Below, one piece after another: positions 37,122-46,829 of a stretch of DNA of 64,000 bases (the stretch's first letter is position 1; every line of letters starts with the position of its first letter). Source of the DNA: a virus; the IMG/VR virus record IMGVR_UViG_3300030090_003995, positions 1 through 64,000 of that record. One strand, 5' to 3'. The translations under genes were made by a program, and so were the position numbers. The notes under the pieces are model-generated. The model searched no databases. It saw only the letters and a list, made by a program, of their open reading frames with translations, and was not told the origin of the DNA.

Positions 37122-37472
37122 ATGACAACACATACGGTAACTATTTTAACAGACCATAAAGGTGTAGCAAAGCCAAAAGTTAGTGGAGATGAATACGTCG
37201 TTGATGTTTGTGTAGATAGCACAAATATGCCATCAGGTGGAGTGACAGTTTCAGCATCAGAATGTGGATTAGCAACAATTCACTGTGTAACAGTAACAGG
37301 GGCAGAGAACGGTAATCATTACAAAATTGTTCCAGAAATTGCGGCAGAAACAGGGGCTTATGCTTCATCATCATCATTTAAACTACATTATGCTGATGAT
37401 TTAAGTAGCGGTTCAACAACAAGCGATACTAACGTAGGTTCAGTAAGGGTTCGTGTTTGGGGCTTAATTTGA
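37122..37472 (+). CDS. Putative capsid decoration/minor virion protein
   Basis: Small beta-rich protein directly after the capsid gene, with the same AAGGTGATTAAAAATG start context. Confidence 0.5.
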   Translation: MTTHTVTILTDHKGVAKPKVSGDEYVVDVCVDSTNMPSGGVTVSASECGLATIHCVTVTGAENGNHYKIVPEIAAETGAYASSSSFKLHYADDLSSGSTTSDTNVGSVRVRVWGLI

Positions 37473-37483
37473 GGTGATTTGGT

Positions 37484-37864
37484 TTGGCTAGACTATTGCT
37501 AAAAGACAGTAATCCAGAAAAATACGTGACAACACGTAAAACTGGAAGATTGAAAAGAGGTGAGTCTGCTGAATTATCTGCTGATAACATTGTAGCGTTC
37601 TTAGGAACGGAACATTGGGAAGTAACATTGAGTGAAGAAGAAGTTAATGGGTTAAGTGATAAGAAATTAGCATTAGCACAAAGACTACTTAATTTGAAAT
37701 CGAAAGAAGCGGTGTTAAACGCACTACTTCCTGAAAAGACAATCGTTCAAACGGTTACTTCAGCAGTTACTTCAACGGTAAAATCAGTAACGCCCACTTT
37801 GAATAAAAAGGTGACTAAGGAAGAAACTTCGGATGAGGCTATTTTAGCCGATGATTCCGAATGA
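37484..37864 (+). CDS. Hypothetical protein
   Basis: TTG start after GAGGTGA. Confidence 0.6.
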   Translation: MARLLLKDSNPEKYVTTRKTGRLKRGESAELSADNIVAFLGTEHWEVTLSEEEVNGLSDKKLALAQRLLNLKSKEAVLNALLPEKTIVQTVTSAVTSTVKSVTPTLNKKVTKEETSDEAILADDSE

Positions 37865-37939
37865 TTCCGAATGGTTAATATGGTGGTCTGCCTCTCCCCA
37901 ATACGGGGAGGGGTGGCCCCAATTAAATAGGTGATAAAA

Positions 37940-38284
37940 ATGAGTCATGCAGGATGTAGAAGTAGTGGTTTAATTACCGCAGATACGTTAGTTAATACAG
38001 GTCAATGTAAGTTAATTAGTTTTCATGGTTATAATAATCATGCGACCGATGCTTGCACAATTAAAATTTATGATAATACTGCCGCAAGCAATCCACAAAT
38101 AGCAGAAATTTATTTGCCCGGAAAATTGTCATCTGTTATGGATGATACATCAGGTGGCGACCAAGAGGCTAGGACCGCAACGGCGGTTAATTTTGAATGT
38201 GATTTTCATGCTATTCTTTGTAGAAATGGAATTTATGTTGATGTAACAGGTGGAACACCTCGAATATTTATTGAGTTTGCATAA
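37940..38284 (+). CDS. Putative small virion protein (beta-sandwich)
   Basis: IKIYDNTAAS..GIYVDVTGG pattern common in virion proteins. Confidence 0.55.
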   Translation: MSHAGCRSSGLITADTLVNTGQCKLISFHGYNNHATDACTIKIYDNTAASNPQIAEIYLPGKLSSVMDDTSGGDQEARTATAVNFECDFHAILCRNGIYVDVTGGTPRIFIEFA

Positions 38285-38293
38285 GGTGGTTAA

Positions 38294-38668
38294 ATGGCAG
38301 CAATTAATAAAGATACTAGACTAGTTATGACGATTTTATTCGTCGGTGCAGTAAGTGGAATGAATGTGTATTTCTATGCCAATTATGGCGCAGAATTACC
38401 TTGGACACCATTAAGTCATGCTGTGTTATTTTCTCTAATTACGATTGGGTTTGTAATGGGAATTAAAGCAGTATTTGACTTAATTATGAACGACAGGATG
38501 GAATTATGGTTACTTGATAGAAAAATTAATATGTATTGGGAAAAGCGCAAGAGAGAAGAAACTCAACGAAATAAAATTGTTGATTCTATGCGCCAATATA
38601 ATATGAACCCGTATATGCAAAATAACCAAGAAGTGCCAGCAGTTTTTCTTGAAGGTATTGAGCCTTGA
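38294..38668 (+). CDS. Two-TM membrane protein with coiled-coil tail
   Basis: Hydrophobic LVMTILFVGAVSG and AVLFSLITIGFVMGI. Confidence 0.7.
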   Translation: MAAINKDTRLVMTILFVGAVSGMNVYFYANYGAELPWTPLSHAVLFSLITIGFVMGIKAVFDLIMNDRMELWLLDRKINMYWEKRKREETQRNKIVDSMRQYNMNPYMQNNQEVPAVFLEGIEP

Positions 38669-38680
38669 TGGGGAATAGAT

Positions 38681-38893
38681 GTGCTTTTAGACTTATTTGG
38701 TTTAGATGAAACGTCTGTTGCTTATGATATGACAAGAGCGCATTCTGCTGATATATTATTTCTAAAAATGAGAGCAATTATGTGGTGTATAACAACAGGT
38801 GTTGGGGCATTATTAATTGGTAATATATGTGGAGTATTTGGAATTAATTTCTTTGGTATGACTTGGGAATGGTTAACAGGGTTGTGGCATTAA
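38681..38893 (+). CDS. Small membrane protein
   Basis: Hydrophobic C-terminal half. Confidence 0.6.
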   Translation: MLLDLFGLDETSVAYDMTRAHSADILFLKMRAIMWCITTGVGALLIGNICGVFGINFFGMTWEWLTGLWH

Positions 38894-39249
38894 TGAGTTG
38901 GCAAGATATTTTAAAGAATGATGAAAGAAACCCTAAATTTAGGGAAGGAGATGAATTGGAGGGCTATTGGATTAGTGATTATATTAGTGATTATATTTTT
39001 GAGGGAAATAAATTACGCTCGGGTAATAGTTGGTGGGAAGAAGCCGCTGGTGAAGATTACTTGGATAAGTTATTAAAAGAATTCATAGAAAGTGGTGAAG
39101 AATATACTAAAGAAGCAGTAGATAAATGGTTGGAGAAAAATATAAGTCAAGAAGAATTTAATAGAATGGCTAAAGAAATTAGAGATGATGATTACGGCCC
39201 AGACTATGAAGATTTTGGACCGGTTGAAGGATATAAAGATTATTATTAG
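38893..39249 (+). CDS. WxxILK-tag acidic protein
   Basis: MSWQDILKN. Confidence 0.7.
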   Translation: MSWQDILKNDERNPKFREGDELEGYWISDYISDYIFEGNKLRSGNSWWEEAAGEDYLDKLLKEFIESGEEYTKEAVDKWLEKNISQEEFNRMAKEIRDDDYGPDYEDFGPVEGYKDYY

Positions 39250-39258
39250 GTGATTAAA

Positions 39259-39432
39259 ATGAGTTGGTTTGATACATTAAAAATGCACTGTGGAACTAAA
39301 CAGAAAGTAGATGATGATTTTGAAAAAACAAAAGGAATTGCTAGACAGTTACGGCCTGATTTCAAACCTGATTTTAAAGAAAAAGATACCAAAAAGTACG
39401 GAATTAAACATCAAATACGTAGAGGTCAATAG
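39259..39432 (+). CDS. WxxILK-tag small protein
   Basis: MSWFDTLKM after GGTGA. Confidence 0.65.
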   Translation: MSWFDTLKMHCGTKQKVDDDFEKTKGIARQLRPDFKPDFKEKDTKKYGIKHQIRRGQ

Positions 39433-39442
39433 GTGATTTCAT

Positions 39443-40111
39443 GTGTCAGTTGTTGCAGGTTTCGCAATTGTTTGTTTAGAAGCGGCAGGTTCATTTTGGA
39501 AAAAATTTCACGCAATTAATTTTGGAGTCTATGGTGCATCAAGAGTTGGAAAAACTACTTTACATAGACAATTACGAACAAGAGGAGAAGTACCTGAAAT
39601 CAAAAAAAGAACGGTCGGTTTAGAAAGAGCAACAAGAAAACTGGTTAAAATTGATAAAGATATGCACACAATCAAAGCCGCAGATATTGGAGGAGAATCA
39701 GCATATTGGAATCTTTGGAAAAAAGATATGAGAAAAAGAAAACCAAAACACGTTATATTCATGATAGACCATCGGCATTTAGAAAGTAATGTAAATATGG
39801 ATAACCAATTAGCATGGCAGTATTTTGTTGATTTAATTTGTGACCCATATTGGAGAGATGGAAAGAAAAAGAAAAGAAAAAAGGATAAAGATTATCCAAA
39901 GTCTATTGGTATATGGGCAAATAAATACGATTTATGGGGGAAAGAAAATGGATTCAACGACATTTCAAAACACCCTATTTTTGAACCATTCGCGTATGGA
40001 ATGCAACGACTTAATGAAATTGGAATACCTTGTTTCAAATATGTCGTTAGTGCAAAATCCGACCCTGAAATGGTATATCGCGGAGTAATGACAATGTGTG
40101 ATGATTATTAA
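39443..40111 (+). CDS. Small Ras/Arf-like GTPase
   Basis: G1 GASRVGKT, G2 RTVG, G3 DIGG, G4 NKYD, G5 SAK; hydrophobic N-terminal helix. Confidence 0.85.
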   Translation: MSVVAGFAIVCLEAAGSFWKKFHAINFGVYGASRVGKTTLHRQLRTRGEVPEIKKRTVGLERATRKLVKIDKDMHTIKAADIGGESAYWNLWKKDMRKRKPKHVIFMIDHRHLESNVNMDNQLAWQYFVDLICDPYWRDGKKKKRKKDKDYPKSIGIWANKYDLWGKENGFNDISKHPIFEPFAYGMQRLNEIGIPCFKYVVSAKSDPEMVYRGVMTMCDDY

Positions 40112-40121
40112 GGTGATTAAA

Positions 40122-40385
40122 ATGAGTTGGCAAGATATATTAAAGGATGATGCAAAATGGGGCAGAATCCATCAACATCTAAAAGATAAATTAGAAGAAT
40201 ATAAACGTGACTACCCGTCTGCAAACACTTTAAGTTTTAATAAATTTGACGAAATTTATGAAGATATTATACAGGCGGCTATTGAGGATGAACAACGTCT
40301 ACAAAAATTGGCTAAATATGCAGGATTTAGTCATTTTAATCCTCAACATCAAGGAAAAAGTGATGTGGTGGCGTTTTACTATTAG
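40122..40385 (+). CDS. WxxILK-tag hypothetical protein
   Basis: MSWQDILKD. Confidence 0.7.
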   Translation: MSWQDILKDDAKWGRIHQHLKDKLEEYKRDYPSANTLSFNKFDEIYEDIIQAAIEDEQRLQKLAKYAGFSHFNPQHQGKSDVVAFYY

Positions 40386-40394
40386 GTGATTAAT

Positions 40395-40586
40395 ATGAGT
40401 TGGGATGATATATTAAAATTAGAAACTCCCCTACAAAAACCATTGAATGAAGCGTTAAGATTGTTAGAACCAACCACGCGCTATGAGATGGATGAAAGCA
40501 AGCAACAATACCAAGATTTAAGGAATGCTATTACTAAATTTTTAGAATGGGAACAAACGTTTCTACTGAGCCAAAGAAATAGGTGA
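40395..40586 (+). CDS. WxxILK-tag small protein
   Basis: MSWDDILKL. Confidence 0.65.
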   Translation: MSWDDILKLETPLQKPLNEALRLLEPTTRYEMDESKQQYQDLRNAITKFLEWEQTFLLSQRNR

Positions 40587-40591
40587 TTAAA

Positions 40592-41149
40592 ATGGGTTGG
40601 GAAGATATTCTAAAATTAAGATACAAGCCACCGAAAAAATTTGGATACGAAAGTGATGCAGATTTCAAGAGAAGATTGGCAGCATACGACCGAAAATATC
40701 AAAGTGACAAAAGTAGAGGTGTTTTAGGAACAAGAGAAGAAATTGAAGCCGATGAGCAACGTAAGAAAGATAAATTTGCTCAAAATCAAAAAGAATTAGA
40801 GGAATCATCAATTGATTGGAATAAAGCACTAAACACTATGGTTTTGCTAGAAAAAGAAGTAAAACGTAGATTTGAACCGAGAGGTAATGACCCCGGAGAA
40901 AGGATGTTACAAAATGTATTTATAAATGCGGCTAATAAACCAATGCGAGAATTAGCAGATATTTACCTCGCTCAACCTAAAGGTTCAGAAGGCGGAATAA
41001 AAGAATGGAATAGAGCAAGAAGGTATCTTGCTCAAGTTTTACTTGACCCTCGATATGTTGGTCTGTTAAATAATTTAAGATTAGCGCGTGATGATGAGTC
41101 ATTAGAAAGGTTTCTTGAAAATAATGGGTTTGGAGATGGTTCTGAATGA
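40592..41149 (+). CDS. WxxILK-tag hypothetical protein
   Basis: MGWEDILKL. Confidence 0.7.
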   Translation: MGWEDILKLRYKPPKKFGYESDADFKRRLAAYDRKYQSDKSRGVLGTREEIEADEQRKKDKFAQNQKELEESSIDWNKALNTMVLLEKEVKRRFEPRGNDPGERMLQNVFINAANKPMRELADIYLAQPKGSEGGIKEWNRARRYLAQVLLDPRYVGLLNNLRLARDDESLERFLENNGFGDGSE

Positions 41150-41802
41150 GTGTTAGTTATTCACCTTCAAATTTAATTGGGATGGGCCAAGGTCAAAATT
41201 CAACAATGGGATTCACACCATTACAAATTGCTAGAATGCCCGGCCCTATTTCACCATACGAATATAAAAATATCAAAGAAAAAAAACAATTAAAGGAGAT
41301 TCGTAAAGTACTCAGTCCCGAGAAAAAGAAATTTTTATTTTTAAAATACGGTTTTAAATTCAATGTTAAACATAGATGTGTTGTTTGTGGTTCATATCAC
41401 GAATGGGAAGCATCAGATACAATGAGGCCACCAATTCCATTATCAGAGGTTCATAAAGGTAGACCATTAAAAGGTACATTATGTCCTAAACACGCGTCAA
41501 TGTACATTCAAATGGAGACTTTAGAACAACAAATTCTCGCAAACAATCACGGTTTAGAATTTAAAAAATACATTCCAAAGGCGAAAGTCCCTAAAATGAT
41601 GCAAAGGGGTCCATTAACAGATTTATCGCCAGCAGACGTTACAACTCTAGTATCAGCAGGTTGGGTTGTTGAACCACCAAAAGGAACAAAAGAAACACCA
41701 CATATGCAATATACTAGAATTATGTTGGAAGTTCAAGGGAAACTTTCACAGATACAAAAAATTATTCCTTTAATTGAGGTTGAAGAAAATGGTGAGAAGT
41801 AG
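41146..41802 (+). CDS. Zinc-finger protein
   Basis: CVVC...CPKH. Confidence 0.65.
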   Translation: MSVSYSPSNLIGMGQGQNSTMGFTPLQIARMPGPISPYEYKNIKEKKQLKEIRKVLSPEKKKFLFLKYGFKFNVKHRCVVCGSYHEWEASDTMRPPIPLSEVHKGRPLKGTLCPKHASMYIQMETLEQQILANNHGLEFKKYIPKAKVPKMMQRGPLTDLSPADVTTLVSAGWVVEPPKGTKETPHMQYTRIMLEVQGKLSQIQKIIPLIEVEENGEK

Positions 41803-42442
41803 TACATTAAACTCGGCACTGGCGGATTCTCAGAATCAAAGTTTTAAGAGCATGAACAATCTCTTAACTTTGCAAGAGAACCATGTAGAAGAATTTTTCC
41901 AATATCACGGGCCTGAATTTATGAATGCCCTTGAAAAGTTAATGGAAGATGTTGTTCAAAGAGTAGTATCAAATATGTTAGCAAGTTTGGAATTTGTTTT
42001 AAACCCAGCATCAAACCATATTACATTACAAGAAAAATGTCTTTCAGAATATCAAAAAATTACTCAAGAAAACATTGACTTAGATATTCAAACTATTCTT
42101 GCTACGGCAGTAAATAGTGAAGTTATTCATCAACGTAAGATGGCTAAACAACAATATCTTGAAAGTCAAGGATTTAGCCCGCAAACAACTGGACAACAAT
42201 ATACAGTTGCTCAAGGTGTTGGAATGGGCGCAACATCCGGTGGAATGGCCGGAGGTGTAATGGGTATAAATCAAGGAATGCAGAGTGGTTATCCAATTCC
42301 GCCTAATGGTTACGACCAAATGAATAATCCTTATTGGATTGACCCACAAACAGGCCAAATGTCATATACCCCGCCTAGTGGTGGAATTGGCTTAGGCCAA
42401 AAAATGGCTAAAGCAGCAGCATGGGCAAAGTGGCTAGTGTGA
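41789..42442 (+). CDS. Hypothetical protein with Gly/Gln/Pro-rich C-terminus
   Basis: GYPIPPNGYDQMNNPYWIDPQTGQ; amphipathic end KAAAWAKWLV. Confidence 0.7.
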   Translation: MVRSSTLNSALADSQNQSFKSMNNLLTLQENHVEEFFQYHGPEFMNALEKLMEDVVQRVVSNMLASLEFVLNPASNHITLQEKCLSEYQKITQENIDLDIQTILATAVNSEVIHQRKMAKQQYLESQGFSPQTTGQQYTVAQGVGMGATSGGMAGGVMGINQGMQSGYPIPPNGYDQMNNPYWIDPQTGQMSYTPPSGGIGLGQKMAKAAAWAKWLV

Positions 42443-42456
42443 GGGGGTAAAATTGG

Positions 42457-44226
42457 ATGGCTCTCAAATATTCTTGGTTTAAACTTGACAAAGATGAAAA
42501 GTTTGAAAGCCATAATTTTGAGCAACAAGAGATTACTGAACCCAAATTAAAATATATTTTTGGTTTGTACTTGTTTGATTTAAAAAATAAAGCGGAGTTA
42601 GATATTGTTCCTGCTAGATTAAAAGATATTAAATCTAGAACTATTGGCGACTATACAGATATTGACGTTAATAATCCGCCTGATTCTGTTTGGTCTGATG
42701 ACCATACCACAGAATTGTTGAGCAAAATTGATAATGCTAGGCGAAGCCTTCTTCAAATGGATTTAGATGATGCGATTAAAAATTATACCGGTGCAAAACA
42801 TAAAGTAAATGTTGGTGGAAAAGAAGAAGAAATATTAGAAGCGTTATATTTAGATGTAGATGAAAAAAGTTGGGATGTTGAGGATGTTGTCAACGAGGAA
42901 TTACATGAAATGTTTTATAGACCAGTTTTTACTACTAAAGATGAAAAATTAAAGAAAAAGCAATTGATGTTATTAAATCCTATAGAGGTTGAAAATAAAC
43001 AAGATTATAAGAGATTAGTTAAATTAGATTTAGATGATTGGCAGAAGATAATTGATTCTAATATTAATATGCCTAAATTTATAAATATTGTTAAAGGTAA
43101 AAAGGGAAATAAAATAACCCTCACATTAAATATAGATTTCTCAAGTTCAGATGCACAAATTAATGCTGTTAAAAAAATCTTTCCCGGCCAAAAAGTAAAA
43201 TTTATGCCTTCTAGAGAAGAACTTAAATCTACTTCAACTGTTGCACAAATTAGAATGCCAGCGCAAAATGCTGAAGGGGCTAAAGGAGAGTATAAACGTG
43301 AATTGGCAAGTCCTGACGAAATTAGAGATTACAATTATCACGCCTTGGAAGATGCTGTAGATTTAAATGAAGATGAAGAAGGGTTAAAAAATGTATTGAT
43401 GGCACTAAATGAATTTTCAAAAGAATCACAGATACAAGAGTCTCTACCGCCCCTAAAAACAACAAGAGTCAAAACTACTTACGGAGATATATTAGTCCAA
43501 GGTGTTCCATTTGATGCTGAAGATTACATAGATGGTTTAGAAGTTGAAATTTCTGATAAAGATAGTGGTGAAATACTCGAAACAGTTTTTGGTACTTTAG
43601 AAGAATTGAAGAAAGACCCTAGATTTGAGAAAGTTTTGGCTAAATATGAAACTTCTAAAAGAAAAGCAGATAGATATATTGATAAACTAAAAAAGGATGC
43701 TAAAAAAATAAGAGATAATTTAGCAAAAACTAAGAAAAAAAGACAAGAGATTAACTTCACTGGCACTTCAAATGTAGCACTAAAAGAAATGTTTCAGAGC
43801 GAAAGTCAAGAGTCTTTAAAGGATATAACATTAAATTGGATAAGAAATATAAATTCTGATGGTAGTTTGTATAGATTATTTCAACAAATACTTTTACCAA
43901 TGAGTGTAACTTCTCAAGGTGATTACAAAATAGTTATTCAATTGAATAAGAAAGGTTTAAATTATTCCGGACAAGTTAAAAGGTGGCAATATATTCAAAC
44001 TGCAGAATTAGATACTAAATTTTTAAGTATGCCTTCAGGCCGCCAATCAAGGGTTAAATTAGATATTGGTAGAAAAACCGATAAAGGAAAAACTGAAAGT
44101 ATGCGGGGTGATTATCGTACAGATATGGGTTTAGGGTATAATCCAGTAAGACAGTTTTTAACTAAATTTGTAACAAATAGGCTATCAAAACTAGATAAAG
44201 CAATCGAATCTTTAAGGAGGAATTAA
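42457..44226 (+). CDS. Hypothetical protein (589 aa)
   Basis: Long ORF; no recognisable motif. Confidence 0.7.
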   Translation: MALKYSWFKLDKDEKFESHNFEQQEITEPKLKYIFGLYLFDLKNKAELDIVPARLKDIKSRTIGDYTDIDVNNPPDSVWSDDHTTELLSKIDNARRSLLQMDLDDAIKNYTGAKHKVNVGGKEEEILEALYLDVDEKSWDVEDVVNEELHEMFYRPVFTTKDEKLKKKQLMLLNPIEVENKQDYKRLVKLDLDDWQKIIDSNINMPKFINIVKGKKGNKITLTLNIDFSSSDAQINAVKKIFPGQKVKFMPSREELKSTSTVAQIRMPAQNAEGAKGEYKRELASPDEIRDYNYHALEDAVDLNEDEEGLKNVLMALNEFSKESQIQESLPPLKTTRVKTTYGDILVQGVPFDAEDYIDGLEVEISDKDSGEILETVFGTLEELKKDPRFEKVLAKYETSKRKADRYIDKLKKDAKKIRDNLAKTKKKRQEINFTGTSNVALKEMFQSESQESLKDITLNWIRNINSDGSLYRLFQQILLPMSVTSQGDYKIVIQLNKKGLNYSGQVKRWQYIQTAELDTKFLSMPSGRQSRVKLDIGRKTDKGKTESMRGDYRTDMGLGYNPVRQFLTKFVTNRLSKLDKAIESLRRN

Positions 44227-44228
44227 TA

Positions 44229-45323
44229 ATGGTTAAGTTATCATCACCATCTGACTATACGGCAGTAAATCCTAACTATGCTATTGGGCAAGGGTATTAC
44301 ACTAACGAAGATAAAATAGCAGATTTACTACAAATACCATCTTTCTCCGCCACGACCAATCCATCTTACGACCAAGTGGGCGACATTATTAAGGATGTAG
44401 AAGACGAAATAGATGAAAAAACCGGAATGTCGTTTAGACCAATCATTTACGCGAATGAGATGCACAATTTTCGTAGTCCAACGGGCGGGTCTTTGCGAAA
44501 GTGGCCCTCATGGTGGTCAGACTACGTTGGTTTTTGCCAACTAAACCACAGACATATCCGCAAAATGATTAGAATAGAAGTTTGGCAGGGAAATAGGTGG
44601 ACAGACCTTTGTTCGGCAACTGCAAAGGTTAGCGTGTCTAATGACCAAGTTGGTTCTAGCGGTTCTATTACACTAACATTACCTAATAACGTAACATTCG
44701 TTTTAAATAAAGGAACGACAAATAGCCAATACAATAATGCCTATGGTGCTAAAACTATTGCTCAAGAAATTTGTCATTTAATAAATGAAACCTTTCCTTC
44801 AATAACTGCTAGATTTACAGGTGCTACTGCTTCTAAATCTTTAGTGGGTTCAGATGGAACTAATGTTTCTGATTTCTTTTATGCTACTGTAAATACAGAA
44901 GATGAAACTGAAGTTATAATTTCTTCATTATTACCCGGCGATGATGGGTCACAATGTTCTATTGCAGTAACAGGTTCGGGTTTAACTAAAAGCGATTTTA
45001 CAGATAATGAAGAAATGAAACGTCTTGGTACATGGTGGAAAGTAGATGAAGAAGGCCGTATTTTCTTTAGAACCAAATTTCCTTATATGGAAAAAAATTC
45101 AATTCGTATGACTTATATTGCAGGTAATCCTAGAGTTCCCGGAATTATTTCTCAAGCAGCAACAAAAATGTCAGCGATGGAAATTTTACGGCATGATGAC
45201 CAAACAGTGTTAATTGCAGAATCAGGTTCACAAATTGATATTAAAACTAAATACGACTTGTTAAAACAAGAAGCCGCAGAATTATTGAAACTTACAAGAG
45301 AAACTATCTTTTTGATTGAGTGA
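44229..45323 (+). CDS. Putative head-tail adaptor/neck protein with insertion
   Basis: Position; EDEIDEKTG and YIAG..VPGIISQAATKM resemble gp6/gp15-type adaptors. Confidence 0.6.
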   Translation: MVKLSSPSDYTAVNPNYAIGQGYYTNEDKIADLLQIPSFSATTNPSYDQVGDIIKDVEDEIDEKTGMSFRPIIYANEMHNFRSPTGGSLRKWPSWWSDYVGFCQLNHRHIRKMIRIEVWQGNRWTDLCSATAKVSVSNDQVGSSGSITLTLPNNVTFVLNKGTTNSQYNNAYGAKTIAQEICHLINETFPSITARFTGATASKSLVGSDGTNVSDFFYATVNTEDETEVIISSLLPGDDGSQCSIAVTGSGLTKSDFTDNEEMKRLGTWWKVDEEGRIFFRTKFPYMEKNSIRMTYIAGNPRVPGIISQAATKMSAMEILRHDDQTVLIAESGSQIDIKTKYDLLKQEAAELLKLTRETIFLIE

Positions 45324-45328
45324 TTAAT

Positions 45329-45733
45329 ATGTCATGGACTAATATTCTAAAAAATGAGTCTCATTTTATTTGGAATGCAGATATATTTTCTTGGTCTGAT
45401 AAGCACAAAGAGTGGCTTGAAAGTTTAGATTGGGGTCAAATTAGACAATACAAAACAGGATTTCCAATTTGGCAGATAGAAAAACACTTCAATTCTCAAA
45501 TTACTGACTTAAAGGGAATTATGGATAAGGCATGGGAAGCCCTTTCAGAAAATCTTGAAGATAAAAAAGAGTTACAGCAATTAAGTGATAGTTTAGGTAA
45601 TCAATATCAAGAGATGATAACAGGGATTCTTAATCATGCTAATGATGCATTTAGACAAATAGCAGGAATTCAATATGATTTGGCAAGTCAAGATGAAGCA
45701 ACAGGAGCAGTTAAACTAAAGTGGGTGGAATAA
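45329..45733 (+). CDS. WxxILK-tag hypothetical protein
   Basis: MSWTNILKN. Confidence 0.7.
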   Translation: MSWTNILKNESHFIWNADIFSWSDKHKEWLESLDWGQIRQYKTGFPIWQIEKHFNSQITDLKGIMDKAWEALSENLEDKKELQQLSDSLGNQYQEMITGILNHANDAFRQIAGIQYDLASQDEATGAVKLKWVE

Positions 45734-46011
45734 TGACGTGGGATACTGTTCTTAAAGTTAGAAGAAAAATAAATATGCCTCATTTAAAAAGAATTGTAGA
45801 CCATATTTTACCAAACATGGTTGAAGATGAATTTGCGTTATCAGATTTAGCAAAAATGGTTACAACGACTTATTTAGAATATAATCCTAATACTAAACGG
45901 GCGTTAAATATATCCTCTATTTTAAGTCAAATGTTACAAAATAGAGGATATGAGCAGTTTTATAAATATTCTAAGGGTCAACGTTTAACTTATTATAGGA
46001 AAGTGCAATAA
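45733..46011 (+). CDS. WxxILK-tag winged-helix-like protein; paralog of the 7648 gene
   Basis: MTWDTVLKVRRKINMPHLK..LSQMLQNRGY. Confidence 0.65.
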   Translation: MTWDTVLKVRRKINMPHLKRIVDHILPNMVEDEFALSDLAKMVTTTYLEYNPNTKRALNISSILSQMLQNRGYEQFYKYSKGQRLTYYRKVQ

Positions 46012-46220
46012 TGGTTACAATTAAAGATATAGAAATTAGACTTAGAAATGGTCAAACTTTAATTGATGATTTAATTAAAAAGGAGAGAGACTTGGAAACT
46101 CTTTATCAAGAAACTATGGGCGTTTCATTTGAAATAGATGAAGATAAAATAGCACAAAAGTTTTATGATGAAATATTAAAAGATTTACAAAAATTCGCAA
46201 AAGAGCGGGGGATTTATTAA
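46011..46220 (+). CDS. Hypothetical protein
   Basis: 69-aa translationally coupled ORF. Confidence 0.6.
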   Translation: MVTIKDIEIRLRNGQTLIDDLIKKERDLETLYQETMGVSFEIDEDKIAQKFYDEILKDLQKFAKERGIY

Positions 46221-46801
46221 TGGATGAAACTACATATTTAGTGGCATTAATTGACCCATCAGGTTATTCAGATGATGGCGCAACAGTATCTTCAATAAAT
46301 GGTGCTGCTTTCTCTTCGACAAATACTTGGGCTAAATCAGCAGAAGCAGTATTAGGTGGTTCTTGGGCTACTTTAGTAGGAACACCAACAGTGGTTGATA
46401 TTAGAAATATGACTAAAAATAAAGCCATGCGATATGATTTATCAGCAGGTGATATTATTATTGTATATGAAAGTGGTCAAACGATTGAATATCCTACTAT
46501 TTCTTGGGATGTTCGTAATGAATTTTATAACATGACAATAGATATTAGAACCCTTCAAGACGAAAGAGGTGCTTCCGACGCAAACTTTGCCCGCAGCAGA
46601 TTGGAAAACCTTTACAAAGTCTTACGACATAGATTGGAACAGAACCGCAAGGGTGCGACAATTACATTATCCGATGGCGAATCTTTAAAGATGAATCAAT
46701 TATTTGTAGGAAATAGAACTGAATCAAATAATAGAAACAAAAGATTATTCGGATATAAATTAACCGCTGATATGAAAAAGTACGCGGTGGCTTTACCTTA
46801 G
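46220..46801 (+). CDS. Putative tail completion/terminator protein
   Basis: Immediately upstream of the tail tube gene; size and alpha/beta pattern fit. Confidence 0.5.
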   Translation: MDETTYLVALIDPSGYSDDGATVSSINGAAFSSTNTWAKSAEAVLGGSWATLVGTPTVVDIRNMTKNKAMRYDLSAGDIIIVYESGQTIEYPTISWDVRNEFYNMTIDIRTLQDERGASDANFARSRLENLYKVLRHRLEQNRKGATITLSDGESLKMNQLFVGNRTESNNRNKRLFGYKLTADMKKYAVALP

Positions 46802-46829
46802 TAAGTAAGTAAAAAAAAGGTGATTAAAA

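Noticed and set aside
37851-37873. ATGATTCCGA tandem duplication
   Set aside because: Simple 10-bp duplication at a stop codon with no evident function.
7470-46011. The tag as a pure DNA-level or translation-initiation artefact
   Set aside because: Synonymous codon variation, conservative amino-acid swaps and internal copies favour a peptide signal, though an added DNA-level role is not excluded.
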